A stretch of 64,000 bases of DNA. Source: Symbiobacterium sp. GTDB lineage: Bacteria > Bacillota > Sulfobacillia > Symbiobacteriales > Symbiobacteriaceae. The notes below the pieces were generated by a model. That model was not told the DNA's origin. It did not search any database and was given only the letters and a program-made list of their open reading frames with translations. The stretch spans positions 3,341 through 67,340 of the forward strand of contig NZ_JBFNEH010000002.1 of the NCBI RefSeq assembly GCF_040797425.1, given 5' to 3'. Position numbers and translations under genes: made by a program. This document shows, piece after piece, positions 20,801-29,512 of the stretch (the stretch's first letter is position 1; every line of letters starts with the position of its first letter).

Positions 20801-21481
20801 GACATCTACACGGTCACCGATCGTCTGTCCGTTGGGAAGATTGACGGCATCGAGAAGAAGTTCGGCACCACTTATGGTGTTGCTGAAGGCGACGCGACGC
20901 TCGGCGTCAACACTCCTGGCGGCGGTGCGGTTGATGCTTGGGTTGCCGGCCCGTTCGTTGTGACCGATGCTGATCGGTACACCGTTAAGGTCACCGATAG
21001 CGGCAGCCCGACGAAGGTTGAGGCGACTCGCAGCATCAGCGTCGTGGCTGGCGATGCCAACAAGCTGGCGTACGACGGCGACGATGAGATGACCTTCAAG
21101 AACGGCGAGGTCCTGGAGATCACCCTGAGCATCACCGACAAGCACGGCAACAAGGTGCCGGCCGCGAAGGTGACGAAGGACTTTATCACGAGCAAGTACA
21201 AGGCCGCCTACGAGAAGCACGGCAAGTACTACGTCGACGTCGAGCTGAAGGCTGACGAGGGCGCCAACGCCACTGACGGCGAGTATGCCATGATCCGCCT
21301 GAGCGAGAACGGCGGCGGGACCAACAAGGTGAGCATCGAACTGAAGCAGTTCGTCAACACCTATAAGGTCTACGTTGTCATCAACGAGCTCAGTGATCCG
21401 GCTGACGGCTACGGCCTGTACGTCGACCATGACGGCGACGGGCCCGACGCGGCTGAGAAGATCGTCACCCTGAAGAAGTAA
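17861..21481 (+). CDS. S-layer / SLH-domain surface protein with Ig-like repeats (paralogue 1, likely the major copy)
   Basis: Signal peptide MGLMKKLTSAVVASSLVLGLFGTALA and three SLH motifs (FSDVPANHWASGYLAIA..GYPDGTFGPENQVTAIEVLGF), followed by about 1000 aa of beta-rich T/V/G/K/E repeats. AAGGAGG RBS and strongly biased codon usage by eye. Confidence 0.9.
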   Translation: MGLMKKLTSAVVASSLVLGLFGTALAAPTAEEANAAYERLNYYGIAEGILREDGTKDPALDETLTRVQMVALLVKAFGLKESAQYMAGAQTFSDVPANHWASGYLAIAKNIAEKNGNVIGYPDGTFGPENQVTAIEVLGFALKFLGIPVSGGANWKDNMIAAAKDAGVLTDADVEKYLSNPDEVATRGLAFAMADAIFYNYKGADGKSVYTRIDTEVPSVTLGEVPATTNKASIEITGTVSGDYIEVYVGSDKVTVNPDGTFAHAVALKVGSNSIEVTAKDRAGNVGSAKAVVERVPGEAAKIQITAPEGGVAAGSTIDLPVAIVDAEGANTGITDFKVDAGEAGTWADGKLTAGTKAGKYTITVTYEGLEPATAEIEIVAGPLAKVEAETKSVKPGTAVKLIGVDQYGNKVEGVTFAEAEDYAEAFIEGDQFIATKPGTYKVVGTKGEGEAAVTAEGTVSVFGDHASFDIAVDGELVANGATEYTVTVTAVDKDGNAVTDFEDTVTLETNLEFAKDQSPQVKAKDGVATFKVIVPEGMEGLEAEFTAKYQKDEKSDVIEASETFEVKAQVATKLELEADKYLAINVDSAFSGKVKVLDQMGEKMLTGDSVEVTLTITGPAYFEDTDDKEIVVDVGGELPFVIEPVDRYTDGTVTITATAEGLTSDSVEVIAAYAMDPKNVVFKAVSSEAQVAGTWDYNDEAGDGKKYDFSKGNGKAFEFEIRLSDKNGVPVAADKAYDLELVFDSDKAKDELAVSVDGENWYGPDKDGKVKFPSAFKNAGQASVKVQVKAKKLTGDIKVTANIKDLTSATGTVSFKANEIDTAVFDPANVYVLANEEFPLTLVVKDEAGNVVPKAGLKVQVWAVGADQYVKLDGKNRSDKSPLEVTTGEDGKATIKALALSYLKTYTIKANVLDGDTELVKDVEAKVNVASSVAKSISVTTWTYSDEGGWKRVSSVDAGTPFWVFAQVTDNNGIKLTDSDIYTVTDRLSVGKIDGIEKKFGTTYGVAEGDATLGVNTPGGGAVDAWVAGPFVVTDADRYTVKVTDSGSPTKVEATRSISVVAGDANKLAYDGDDEMTFKNGEVLEITLSITDKHGNKVPAAKVTKDFITSKYKAAYEKHGKYYVDVELKADEGANATDGEYAMIRLSENGGGTNKVSIELKQFVNTYKVYVVINELSDPADGYGLYVDHDGDGPDAAEKIVTLKK

Positions 21482-21505
21482 CGGTCAGCACTGCCGTTGC
21501 GGAGC

Positions 21506-21539
21506 GAAGAGAGCGAAGCCTTCGGGCTTCGCTCTCTTC
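21506..21539 (+). terminator. Hairpin terminator after SLH paralogue 1
   Basis: GAAGAGAGCGAAGCC-ttcg-GGCTTCGCTCTCTTC, a perfect 15-bp stem. Confidence 0.6.
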
Positions 21540-21827
21540 AGCTCTTGAAGGGGACGCGTCAGTATAGAGGCGCAACGGATTCCGTGTATGCCAACCGGCA
21601 ACGCGAAAGTCCATGGAGGTTAGGTAGCATCGCCGGGCTACTGGACGTCTGAAACATGGGAGACACCTACACAAGCGGGGTCATGTGCCATCGGGATAAA
21701 TAGGGAACCTCACGTGGGCTCCTCTCGTCTATTAGGAGACAGAGGAGTTTTCGTGTGCTTGCTGGAAACGTTCATGGTGGCCATTTGAGGGCATTTCTAC
21801 AACCTGGTCAAAGGAGGCTACAGAGGA

Positions 21828-24800
21828 ATGGGCTTGATGAGGAAGCTGACGTCGGCCCTGGTCGCATCCAGCTTAGTGCTCAGCCTGGTGGGCACGGCGC
21901 TTGCAGCCCCGACGCCGGCGGAAACCAACGCGGCCTACGAACGACTCGAGCACTACGGCATTGTGCAAGGCGTGTTGATGCCCGACGGCTCCGTGAGCCC
22001 GGCGCTAGACATGACCCTGACGCGTGCGCAGATCGTCACCATCATCGTTCGGGCCTTCGGCGAGGAGATGGCGGCCCAGATTCTGAAGGGCTCCTCTCCG
22101 TTCAGCGACGTGCCCGGATCGCACTGGGCGTCGGGTTACGTGGCAATTGCGAACACCATTGCCACCCAGAAGGGTTTCCCGCTGGGCTACCCGGACGGAA
22201 CCTTCCAGCCTGAGAAGACCGTCACCGGTATTGAGGCCCTTACCTTCGTCATGAAGTTCCTCGGGGTTCCCGTTGGTACCGGCGCAAACTGGGTTCAGGA
22301 CACGATCGCTTCCGCAGTGGCCAATGGTGTGCTGACGGCGGATGACGTCGCGAAGTATCTCGACAATCCCAACGCCCCGGCCACCCGCGGGCTGGCGTTT
22401 GCTCTGGCAGACAATATCTTCTATAACTACAGCGGTGTAGATGGTACCACTGTATACAAGCGGTACCACGACAACGAGGCCCCCAGCATCACGCTGAGTC
22501 CTCTTCCTGAGAACACGAGCCAGTCCACGATTACTGTGAGCGGCAAGGTCAGCGGCGACTATTACAGGGTCTACGTCGGTCCCGACCCCGTGACGGTTGC
22601 GGCGGACGGCACGTTCAGCAAGGTGGTCAGCCTGAATCCGGGCCGGAATGAGATCGAGGTGAGCGTGCAGGACCTGGCTGGCAACGTGGCTACCGCGACG
22701 GCCACAGTCACCCGCGGCTCCGGTACAGCGAGCAAGATCGAGGTGAACCTGCCTGACCGCAACATCAAGGCCGGTTCCACGGTTGACCTGGGTGTTCGGA
22801 TCGTCGACGACGCCGGCGTGGACACGGGCATCAGCGACTATGAGGTCACGATCGGCGGTGACATTGGCACCTATGAGGACGGCAAGTTCACTGCCGGCGG
22901 TAAGCTCGGCAGTGGCACGATTACGGTCCGGTACGGCGACCTGCCGCCTCGCACGGTCAACGTGACCATCGTCCCCGGCGACGTGGCCAAGGTGGTTCCG
23001 GCCAGCCCCTCTGTGGCTCCCGGCCAGACGGTTCGGCTGATCGCCACCGACGAGTTTGGCAACGCCATTTCGGGCGCCACGTTCAGCGAGGACTATGCTG
23101 AGGCGTTCATCGAAGGCGACCAGTTCATCGCCACCAAGCCCGGGCAGTACACCGTGACGGCTACGAAGGATGGCAAGACGGGCACCGGTGTTGTGGCCGT
23201 GTTTGGCGAGCACGCCGGCTTTGCCATCGAGACGGAACAGCCTCTGGTGGCCAACGACTCGTCCGAATACACCATTTACGTGTACGCCGTTGACGAGGGC
23301 GGCAACAAGGTCACCACGTTCGAGGGCGACGTGACGCTGGAGTCCAACGTGGACATCGTTGGCGACAGCACTGTTGAGGCAGAGGACGGCGTGGCCATCT
23401 TCAAGGTGGTCGTGCCGTACGGTATGGACGGCCTGGAGGCGGAGTTCCGGGCTTACCACGACACGGGCGACGAGGTGTTGGAGGGCACCGCCACCTTCGA
23501 GATCGCCAGCCAGGTCGCCAAGGGGCTCAAGCTCGAGGTGCCCAAGTACCTGGCCATCAACCAGCCCGCCTTCGAGGGCGCACTGCGCATCGTCGATCAG
23601 GCTGGCAACCCGGTGGAGTATGGGGATAGCTATGAAGTAACCCTCTCCATCTCCGGTCCGGCGTATTTCAGCGACGGGACCAAGGAGATGCGCATCGACG
23701 CAGCCGGTACGGTGTACTTCGAGTTGGAGCCGGTTGACCGATACACGGAGGGTACCATCACGATTCGGGCCACCGCCCCGGGTCTGCAGAGCGCCAGCGC
23801 CCAGGTCGAGGCGGTCTACGCCATGGCGCCGCGGAGCATCGTGCTGACCCCGGTCACGGAGAAGCCGGTCGAGGTCGGCAGCGACGCGCCCTACGAGTTC
23901 AAGCTGGGCCTGATCGACCGCAACGGCGTGCCCGTCAGGGCTGACGACGACCTGGAGATTGTGCTCACGTTCGACTCGAGCAAGGCAGATGAAGACCTGG
24001 TCGTCGCCTACGTGGACAAGAATGGCGACGACGAGACCGTGACGGTGGAAGACCGCAAGGCCACCGTGCTCTTCGCTGAGGGTCAGAGGGATCTGCGGGT
24101 GCGAGTCTGGTCTGAGACCACCGGCAGCATCAAGGTGACCGCGTCCTCCACGGGGCTCGTGAGCGCCACCGGAACGGTCGAGTTTGCAGCCGGTGACCCG
24201 GCGAAGATCGCGTTCACCTACGACCGCGACACGCTGGGTGTGCTGGGCAACAGTGAGTTTACCCTGACCGTTCAGATCAAGGACGAGAACGACAACGACG
24301 TGGCGAAGTCCGGCGTAAAGGTGACCTTCGAGGCCACGCCGTCCAGCTACGCCAGGCTGAACGGCTCGTACCGGGCTTACACTGCGACGACCAACGCGCA
24401 GGGCCAGGCGTCGGTACGGGTCTACCTCCTGCCCTACGAGGACGAGTTCACCATTCGGGCGAGCGCAACCCTCAACGGTAGCGAAGTGTACGATGATGTG
24501 ACGCTCGAAATCGTGCCCTCGCTGGCCCGGTCGATCAGCGTTACCACGTACACCGACGAGGGGAACCGCAGCACGGTCAAGGCCGGCGACACGCTGCAGG
24601 TGCGGGCCACGGTGACCGACAGCAACGGCGTGAAGTGGGTCGGCCCCGCATTCGAGGATCGGCTGGTGCTTGAGGGCTTCAAGGAGGACGACCTGCTCTG
24701 GGGTCCCACGCCCTTCGTGTGGAATGAAGAGGGCAAGTACTACGAGGCCGAGGTCGCCTTCAAGAAGGCCGGCTCCTACAAGCTGGCGGTTGTCGATGAC

Positions 24801-25175
24801 TACAGCCTGACGAAGGTGTCGGGCTCCCGCACCATCACCGTGACCGGTGGGCCTGCTGAGAAAGCGGGTTACGTCGGCAGCACGCCCATCACCTACAAGC
24901 GGAATGAGCCCAAGGAGTTCGTCATCAACCTGATCGACGAGTTCGGCAACAAGGCTTCTGCCAAGGACGAGAACTACCGGTTTGAAGTCGAGATCGAATG
25001 GGACAACGGCTCGTACGGCTTGATCCGGGACACCGCCACCGGCGGCGGGCTGCCGAGCGCCACGTACGAGATCCGGAAGGGCTCGACCTCGCTGCGCCTC
25101 TACTTCGTCACCGATGCCACCAAGGGACGGCTGATCATCGACGACAACGAGTACGAAATCCGGTCCAGCGACTAA
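21828..25175 (+). CDS. S-layer / SLH-domain surface protein with Ig-like repeats (paralogue 2)
   Basis: Collinear with paralogue 1: the signal peptide, three SLH motifs and the YAEAFIEGDQFIATKPG block are all conserved. Same RBS context. Confidence 0.9.
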   Translation: MGLMRKLTSALVASSLVLSLVGTALAAPTPAETNAAYERLEHYGIVQGVLMPDGSVSPALDMTLTRAQIVTIIVRAFGEEMAAQILKGSSPFSDVPGSHWASGYVAIANTIATQKGFPLGYPDGTFQPEKTVTGIEALTFVMKFLGVPVGTGANWVQDTIASAVANGVLTADDVAKYLDNPNAPATRGLAFALADNIFYNYSGVDGTTVYKRYHDNEAPSITLSPLPENTSQSTITVSGKVSGDYYRVYVGPDPVTVAADGTFSKVVSLNPGRNEIEVSVQDLAGNVATATATVTRGSGTASKIEVNLPDRNIKAGSTVDLGVRIVDDAGVDTGISDYEVTIGGDIGTYEDGKFTAGGKLGSGTITVRYGDLPPRTVNVTIVPGDVAKVVPASPSVAPGQTVRLIATDEFGNAISGATFSEDYAEAFIEGDQFIATKPGQYTVTATKDGKTGTGVVAVFGEHAGFAIETEQPLVANDSSEYTIYVYAVDEGGNKVTTFEGDVTLESNVDIVGDSTVEAEDGVAIFKVVVPYGMDGLEAEFRAYHDTGDEVLEGTATFEIASQVAKGLKLEVPKYLAINQPAFEGALRIVDQAGNPVEYGDSYEVTLSISGPAYFSDGTKEMRIDAAGTVYFELEPVDRYTEGTITIRATAPGLQSASAQVEAVYAMAPRSIVLTPVTEKPVEVGSDAPYEFKLGLIDRNGVPVRADDDLEIVLTFDSSKADEDLVVAYVDKNGDDETVTVEDRKATVLFAEGQRDLRVRVWSETTGSIKVTASSTGLVSATGTVEFAAGDPAKIAFTYDRDTLGVLGNSEFTLTVQIKDENDNDVAKSGVKVTFEATPSSYARLNGSYRAYTATTNAQGQASVRVYLLPYEDEFTIRASATLNGSEVYDDVTLEIVPSLARSISVTTYTDEGNRSTVKAGDTLQVRATVTDSNGVKWVGPAFEDRLVLEGFKEDDLLWGPTPFVWNEEGKYYEAEVAFKKAGSYKLAVVDDYSLTKVSGSRTITVTGGPAEKAGYVGSTPITYKRNEPKEFVINLIDEFGNKASAKDENYRFEVEIEWDNGSYGLIRDTATGGGLPSATYEIRKGSTSLRLYFVTDATKGRLIIDDNEYEIRSSD

Positions 25176-25183
25176 GGCCTGAG

Positions 25184-25218
25184 AAGCAAGGAGCGAAGCC
25201 CGGCTTCGCTCCTTGCTT
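25184..25218 (+). terminator. Hairpin terminator after SLH paralogue 2
   Basis: AAGCAAGGAGCGAAGCC-c-GGCTTCGCTCCTTGCTT, a 17-bp stem. It shares the GAGCGAAGCC/GGCTTCGCTC core with the terminator at 21506. Confidence 0.65.
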
Positions 25219-25367
25219 ATTACTTCCGCGGCATCACAGGAGGCCAGAGGGCCCCGTGCGGGGGCCTCGAGCGGCCGCATGCTTACTGTCGGTGCCCGCG
25301 GAGCAGGCGCTGATTGCAGTGGATAAAACGCGCAACCACCAGCGGGAAGAAGCCGGGAAACAGTGTC

Positions 25368-25401
25368 AAAAAGCGAAGCCCTGGGGCAACCCCAGGGCTT
25401 C
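25368..25401 (-). terminator. Rho-independent terminator of the minus-strand SLH gene 25416-29324
   Basis: On the minus strand: GAAGCCCTGGGG-ttg-CCCCAGGGCTTC followed by GCTTTTT. Confidence 0.7.
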
Positions 25402-25415
25402 ATCGCTGAGTCAGG

Positions 25416-28400
25416 TTACCAGATCACCCGCAGATCGCGGTGCGGCACGGGCGCCACGTCCCAACGCTGGTCACCGGCCGTCACTGTCAGCCAACCGGCC
25501 TCGGTCTTGACGTAGACGTTACGGGAGTACTCGTCCATGTTCTGCTCAAACTCCGCCACGGCTTCGGCTGCCCACTGGAACTCGATGCGATCATCCTCTA
25601 CGGTCACGTTGGCGTCGCTGAAGTCGAGCACCTGCTGACCGCCGGCCAACACCGGATCGCCGTTCAGGTACACCAGGCTGAACTTCTCCTCGGTCACCGA
25701 GGCGTTCGCAAACGGGCCGTGGATGACCAGCTTGTGCTCGCTGGGCACGTACTCAACCCAGCCGACCTTCACCCTCAACTGCACAGGCGCCTCGGCCACA
25801 GGCAGGTTGCGATCACCCGAGTTGTTGAGCCAGCCGGCGGCCGCGGTAAGCGTTTTGTCGCTCTGCAGGATCTTGTTCACCAGGTCCTTCGAGAGGTTGG
25901 GGATCGTGGCCTGCGTCGAGCTGGTGGCGGTGATGGTGGCGTTGCTGCTGCTGCTCAAGGCATGGCCGCCGACGCGGATCAGGCTCGGGTAGATGCGGCC
26001 GTGATTCAGGCCAACGCCCTCCAGGTAGAGCCGGCCGGTGCCGTCGGCCTGCACCTCGAGCTCAGCCCGGGTGATGTGGCCCGCAGGACGCACATAGTTG
26101 TCGTCCAGCCGGGTGTCCTCAGGCGCCACCTGCCCGTCCCGGACGTACCAGCCCTCTTCAGCCACGAGCCGGACGCTGCCGTAGAGGTCCTCGGACGTGA
26201 GGTTCAGATAGGAGATGTCGCAGGTGAACGAGCCGCTCTTCAGCGTGCAGTCTGCGCCGCCCAGGATGCGGTACTCGCCGGTGGTCAGGCTCTCCAGGTA
26301 CAGGAGATAGGGCCGCAGTTCACCGGCCGAACTGACGCCGGAGGCCGTGACGGTCAGCGTGGTCTTGTTGACGGTCGAGTCGCCCACCTTCTGGGTGGTC
26401 GTCGTCCAGGTGACCCGGCTGATATTGATGTCGACCCTCTTCTCGACGACAATCTGCTGCGACGAATCCCACGGGTAGGTGTCAGACCGCTCGCTGTCGG
26501 CGTAGCCGTTGTTGACTACGACGTAGTACCGGCCCGTGTCGGGCAGCTTATCCTTCGGGATTTCCACGGTAACTTCGCGGTCAGTTGGGGTCAGCAGACC
26601 GGAGGCAAAGACCGGAGTGGAGCTGCCGCTTCTATACACCTTGACGTAGACTTTCGAGCTGACATTGCCGACCCTGATGACGAGGTTTTCATCGTCCATC
26701 GTTACCCGCATGGGATCCCTGCTATAGTCTCCATAGGCCGCTTCGATAGTCGGCTTGGCCGGCTTCCCCGACACGGTGGTCAGCTTCAGCACGACCGACG
26801 CACCCTGCGCCTCGCTTGAGGTGATCGTCCACTCGTCGGTCTGGTTCGCATACAGCGTGCCGGTGCCGTAGATGGTGAACTCCGCCACGCCGTTGTTGAA
26901 CCGAGCAGTCGCCAGACTCGAGGTGATGCCATTCACCCGGGTGGCGCCGTTGTCGGTGGTCTTCTGCAGCGTCACAGAACCGCCCGTAATGGGAAGCCGG
27001 CCGCTGTCCTTCGCCACGGCGTAGACCCGGACCTTGGCGCTGCTGGATGTGCTGGCGGAGATGATGGCTTCAATGGTCTGGGCGTCCACCGAATTGCCGC
27101 TGATCTTGCTGCCTGCGACCTCGACTTCCACCGCCAGGGAGTCGTTCTCACCGGCATACGTCGCCGTGGCCTCGCCCTTGAGGGAGGTCGCAGACGACGC
27201 GGGACCGATGTCGCCGTTGTCGGCCACGGCCTCGCTGGTGCTGCGGACGCCGATAACCTTGACGGTGACCGTGCCGCTCTTGCTGTAGGTCAGTACGAGC
27301 GTCGCAGAGCCGTTACGAGTCCTGGCGACCACACCGTCTTCGGCCTTCGCCGCCGGCACAAAACCGGTGTCGCCAATGGTGATCGTGACACCCTCGGGCA
27401 GGCCGGTATCCTCGTTCAGTTTGTCATTGTTGGAGGTGACGGCCTCCACCTGGAAGGCATAGCTGCCCTCCTCAACCCGGTTGCCCTGGCTGTCGACCAC
27501 GTTGACCCGCAGCTCGATCGGGGTCCCGGGGAAGCGGGTGGCATACGCGCCCAGGATCTCGAACTTCACCGGCCGCCCAACCTGAACCTCCTGGAACCGC
27601 AGCTGGACCGGGATCACGCTGTAGGGCTGGCCGCTGGTCACGATGCCCCGCACCGTCACCGTCTCGGCCTCGACGCCCGGGGTCACCGTGGCCTCGGCCG
27701 AGCGGCCGCCGGCGGCGATGGTCACCGTGCGGGTCACGGTGGCCTCGTCAGAGGTCACGTCCAGCTCGATCACGATGGCCTCGCCGGTGGTGTTGGTCAC
27801 CGGGTTGCCGGCCTCGTTCTGCAGTTCCACCTTCAGCCGCACGGGCGTGGCGCCGTCGGCCTTGTACGGGCCCTCGGTGGTGGGCACCAGCACGATGCGG
27901 GTGCTGCTGGCGAAGGTCACATCCACGGAGTCGCTGCTCAGCCCGACGGCCGTGGCGGTCACCAGGTAGGTGCCGACCTCATCGGCCTTCACCTCGAACG
28001 TGGCGACGCCGCCCCTGGTCTGAGCCACCGGATTGACGATGGTCAGGCCCGAATCCCGGCTGGAGAGGGCGACGTTGCGGCCGCCGTCGTGCGCCACCAG
28101 GTTGCCCTCGGCGTCCACGATTTCAACCTCGATCTTGCCGGTCTTGCCGGCCGTGAAGGCGCCCGCCTGCACCGGCCGGATGCGCAGCCCCGCAGCCTCC
28201 GCAGCCGGGCCGAGCACGGCCACCTGGTGGGTCTCGCTCACGCTGCCGCTGGAGAGGGTGATGGTGGCCACACCCGCCTTGCTGCCGGCGGTGAACTTGC
28301 CCGTGTTCACGTCAAACGTGCCGAGGCCGCCGCTCACCGTGGCCGTCAGCAGGCTGTTGGGCATGGTGCGGCCCTGGGCGTCCTTCGCCACCACCGTGAG

Positions 28401-29324
28401 GGTGATCGACTCGCCCGCGTTCACCTGCGTCGGGCCGCTGATGGCGATGGAGGCCACCTCTCCGCCCTGGGTGACGGTGATGGTCTGGGTCGCCACGTTG
28501 CCCGCCAGGTCATACGCCTCGACGGTGATGGTGTTCGGGCCGGGCTGCAGCGGCACCACGGCGCTGAACTGTCCGTTCCCGTTCTGGAAGACCGCCCGCG
28601 TACCGTTCACCAGCACCCCGTCGGCACCGACCGCCGTGCCCGCGATGGTCACCGACTCGGCCAGGGTCGCCTCCGGGATGGAGCCCGAGAGCACCAGCTT
28701 CGGGGCCTCGCTGTCAAAGTACTTCTGGGCGAGGGTCTTGCCGTCGGCCAGCGGCAGGGTGGTCATCGCCAGGGCCAGCGACTCGAAGATGACCCCGCGC
28801 ACCGCCGGCTGGTTCGCCAGGGCCTCCGCCCCGACGCTGGGGGCCAGGCCCAGGTCCGCCGCGGTCCGCATGATGGTCACGGGGTTCCACGGCGTGGGCT
28901 CGCGGCCCACCATGCGGAGCAGGATGGTGTACACCTCTGCGTAGGTGATGTTGGCGTTCGGGTCAAAGGTCCGCTCGTCGCGGCCTTTCAGCAGGCCGAG
29001 CCGTGCGCCCAGCTCGATGTAGCCGGCGCCCCAGTGGCCCTTCGAATCGTCGAAGCGCACCACGCCGGCCAGCATCGGCGCCAGGTCCCGCTGGCCCATG
29101 GCCGCCACGGCGATCTTCGCCAGCTCGGCCCGGGTGATGTTCTTGTCTTCGTTGATTCGCCCGTACTCGTCGCCTTCCACGATTCGGTACTGTTTCAGGA
29201 ACTCAATCGCCTCGTCCCGTGACGAGGGGCCCACCGGTGCGGCGAGCGCCGGAGCCAGGGTCGAGATCAGCAGAGCCAGGCATACCAGCGTGGCCAGCCA
29301 AGATCTCTTGAAGCCGCTTGACAT
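25416..29324 (-). CDS. Large SLH-domain surface protein with Ig-like (Big-type) repeats (paralogue 3)
   Basis: Signal peptide, three SLH motifs (FDDSKGHWGAGYIELGARLGLLKGRDERTFDPNANITYAEVYTILLRMVG), an EAPKLVL..AGN module, then long Ig-like repeats. AAGGAGG RBS. Confidence 0.9.
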   Translation of the reverse strand: MSSGFKRSWLATLVCLALLISTLAPALAAPVGPSSRDEAIEFLKQYRIVEGDEYGRINEDKNITRAELAKIAVAAMGQRDLAPMLAGVVRFDDSKGHWGAGYIELGARLGLLKGRDERTFDPNANITYAEVYTILLRMVGREPTPWNPVTIMRTAADLGLAPSVGAEALANQPAVRGVIFESLALAMTTLPLADGKTLAQKYFDSEAPKLVLSGSIPEATLAESVTIAGTAVGADGVLVNGTRAVFQNGNGQFSAVVPLQPGPNTITVEAYDLAGNVATQTITVTQGGEVASIAISGPTQVNAGESITLTVVAKDAQGRTMPNSLLTATVSGGLGTFDVNTGKFTAGSKAGVATITLSSGSVSETHQVAVLGPAAEAAGLRIRPVQAGAFTAGKTGKIEVEIVDAEGNLVAHDGGRNVALSSRDSGLTIVNPVAQTRGGVATFEVKADEVGTYLVTATAVGLSSDSVDVTFASSTRIVLVPTTEGPYKADGATPVRLKVELQNEAGNPVTNTTGEAIVIELDVTSDEATVTRTVTIAAGGRSAEATVTPGVEAETVTVRGIVTSGQPYSVIPVQLRFQEVQVGRPVKFEILGAYATRFPGTPIELRVNVVDSQGNRVEEGSYAFQVEAVTSNNDKLNEDTGLPEGVTITIGDTGFVPAAKAEDGVVARTRNGSATLVLTYSKSGTVTVKVIGVRSTSEAVADNGDIGPASSATSLKGEATATYAGENDSLAVEVEVAGSKISGNSVDAQTIEAIISASTSSSAKVRVYAVAKDSGRLPITGGSVTLQKTTDNGATRVNGITSSLATARFNNGVAEFTIYGTGTLYANQTDEWTITSSEAQGASVVLKLTTVSGKPAKPTIEAAYGDYSRDPMRVTMDDENLVIRVGNVSSKVYVKVYRSGSSTPVFASGLLTPTDREVTVEIPKDKLPDTGRYYVVVNNGYADSERSDTYPWDSSQQIVVEKRVDINISRVTWTTTTQKVGDSTVNKTTLTVTASGVSSAGELRPYLLYLESLTTGEYRILGGADCTLKSGSFTCDISYLNLTSEDLYGSVRLVAEEGWYVRDGQVAPEDTRLDDNYVRPAGHITRAELEVQADGTGRLYLEGVGLNHGRIYPSLIRVGGHALSSSSNATITATSSTQATIPNLSKDLVNKILQSDKTLTAAAGWLNNSGDRNLPVAEAPVQLRVKVGWVEYVPSEHKLVIHGPFANASVTEEKFSLVYLNGDPVLAGGQQVLDFSDANVTVEDDRIEFQWAAEAVAEFEQNMDEYSRNVYVKTEAGWLTVTAGDQRWDVAPVPHRDLRVIW

Positions 29325-29512
29325 CGTCCGCCATTCCTCCTTGGGCAGTAGTGAAGACCCCAGTGAACCCGAAACCCAAAGCCGATACCCCGCCGGGTGG
29401 AGCCAAGAGCCAGTTCGCCCACCAAAGAGATTCCACGGCAGGCGTGAAATCCCTGTAATGTGCGGCGCTCTCTGCGCTCCACCCGGTCAGGGGAAATCTG
29501 GCAGCCGTTGTC

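Noticed and set aside
17837-21430. Very long antisense ORFs opposite real genes. Examples: 17837-21430(-) 1197 aa, 22005-25403(-) 1132 aa, 30845-33154(+) 769 aa, 37024-40317(-) 1097 aa, 35577-37598(-) 673 aa, 6757-8583(-) 608 aa, 8237-9955(-) 572 aa, 51032-53173(-) 713 aa.
   Set aside because: These are shadow ORFs typical of GC-rich DNA. Their translations are Arg/Gly/Pro/His/Val-rich low-complexity strings without motifs, whereas the opposite strand carries clear family signatures, RBSs and GC3 bias.
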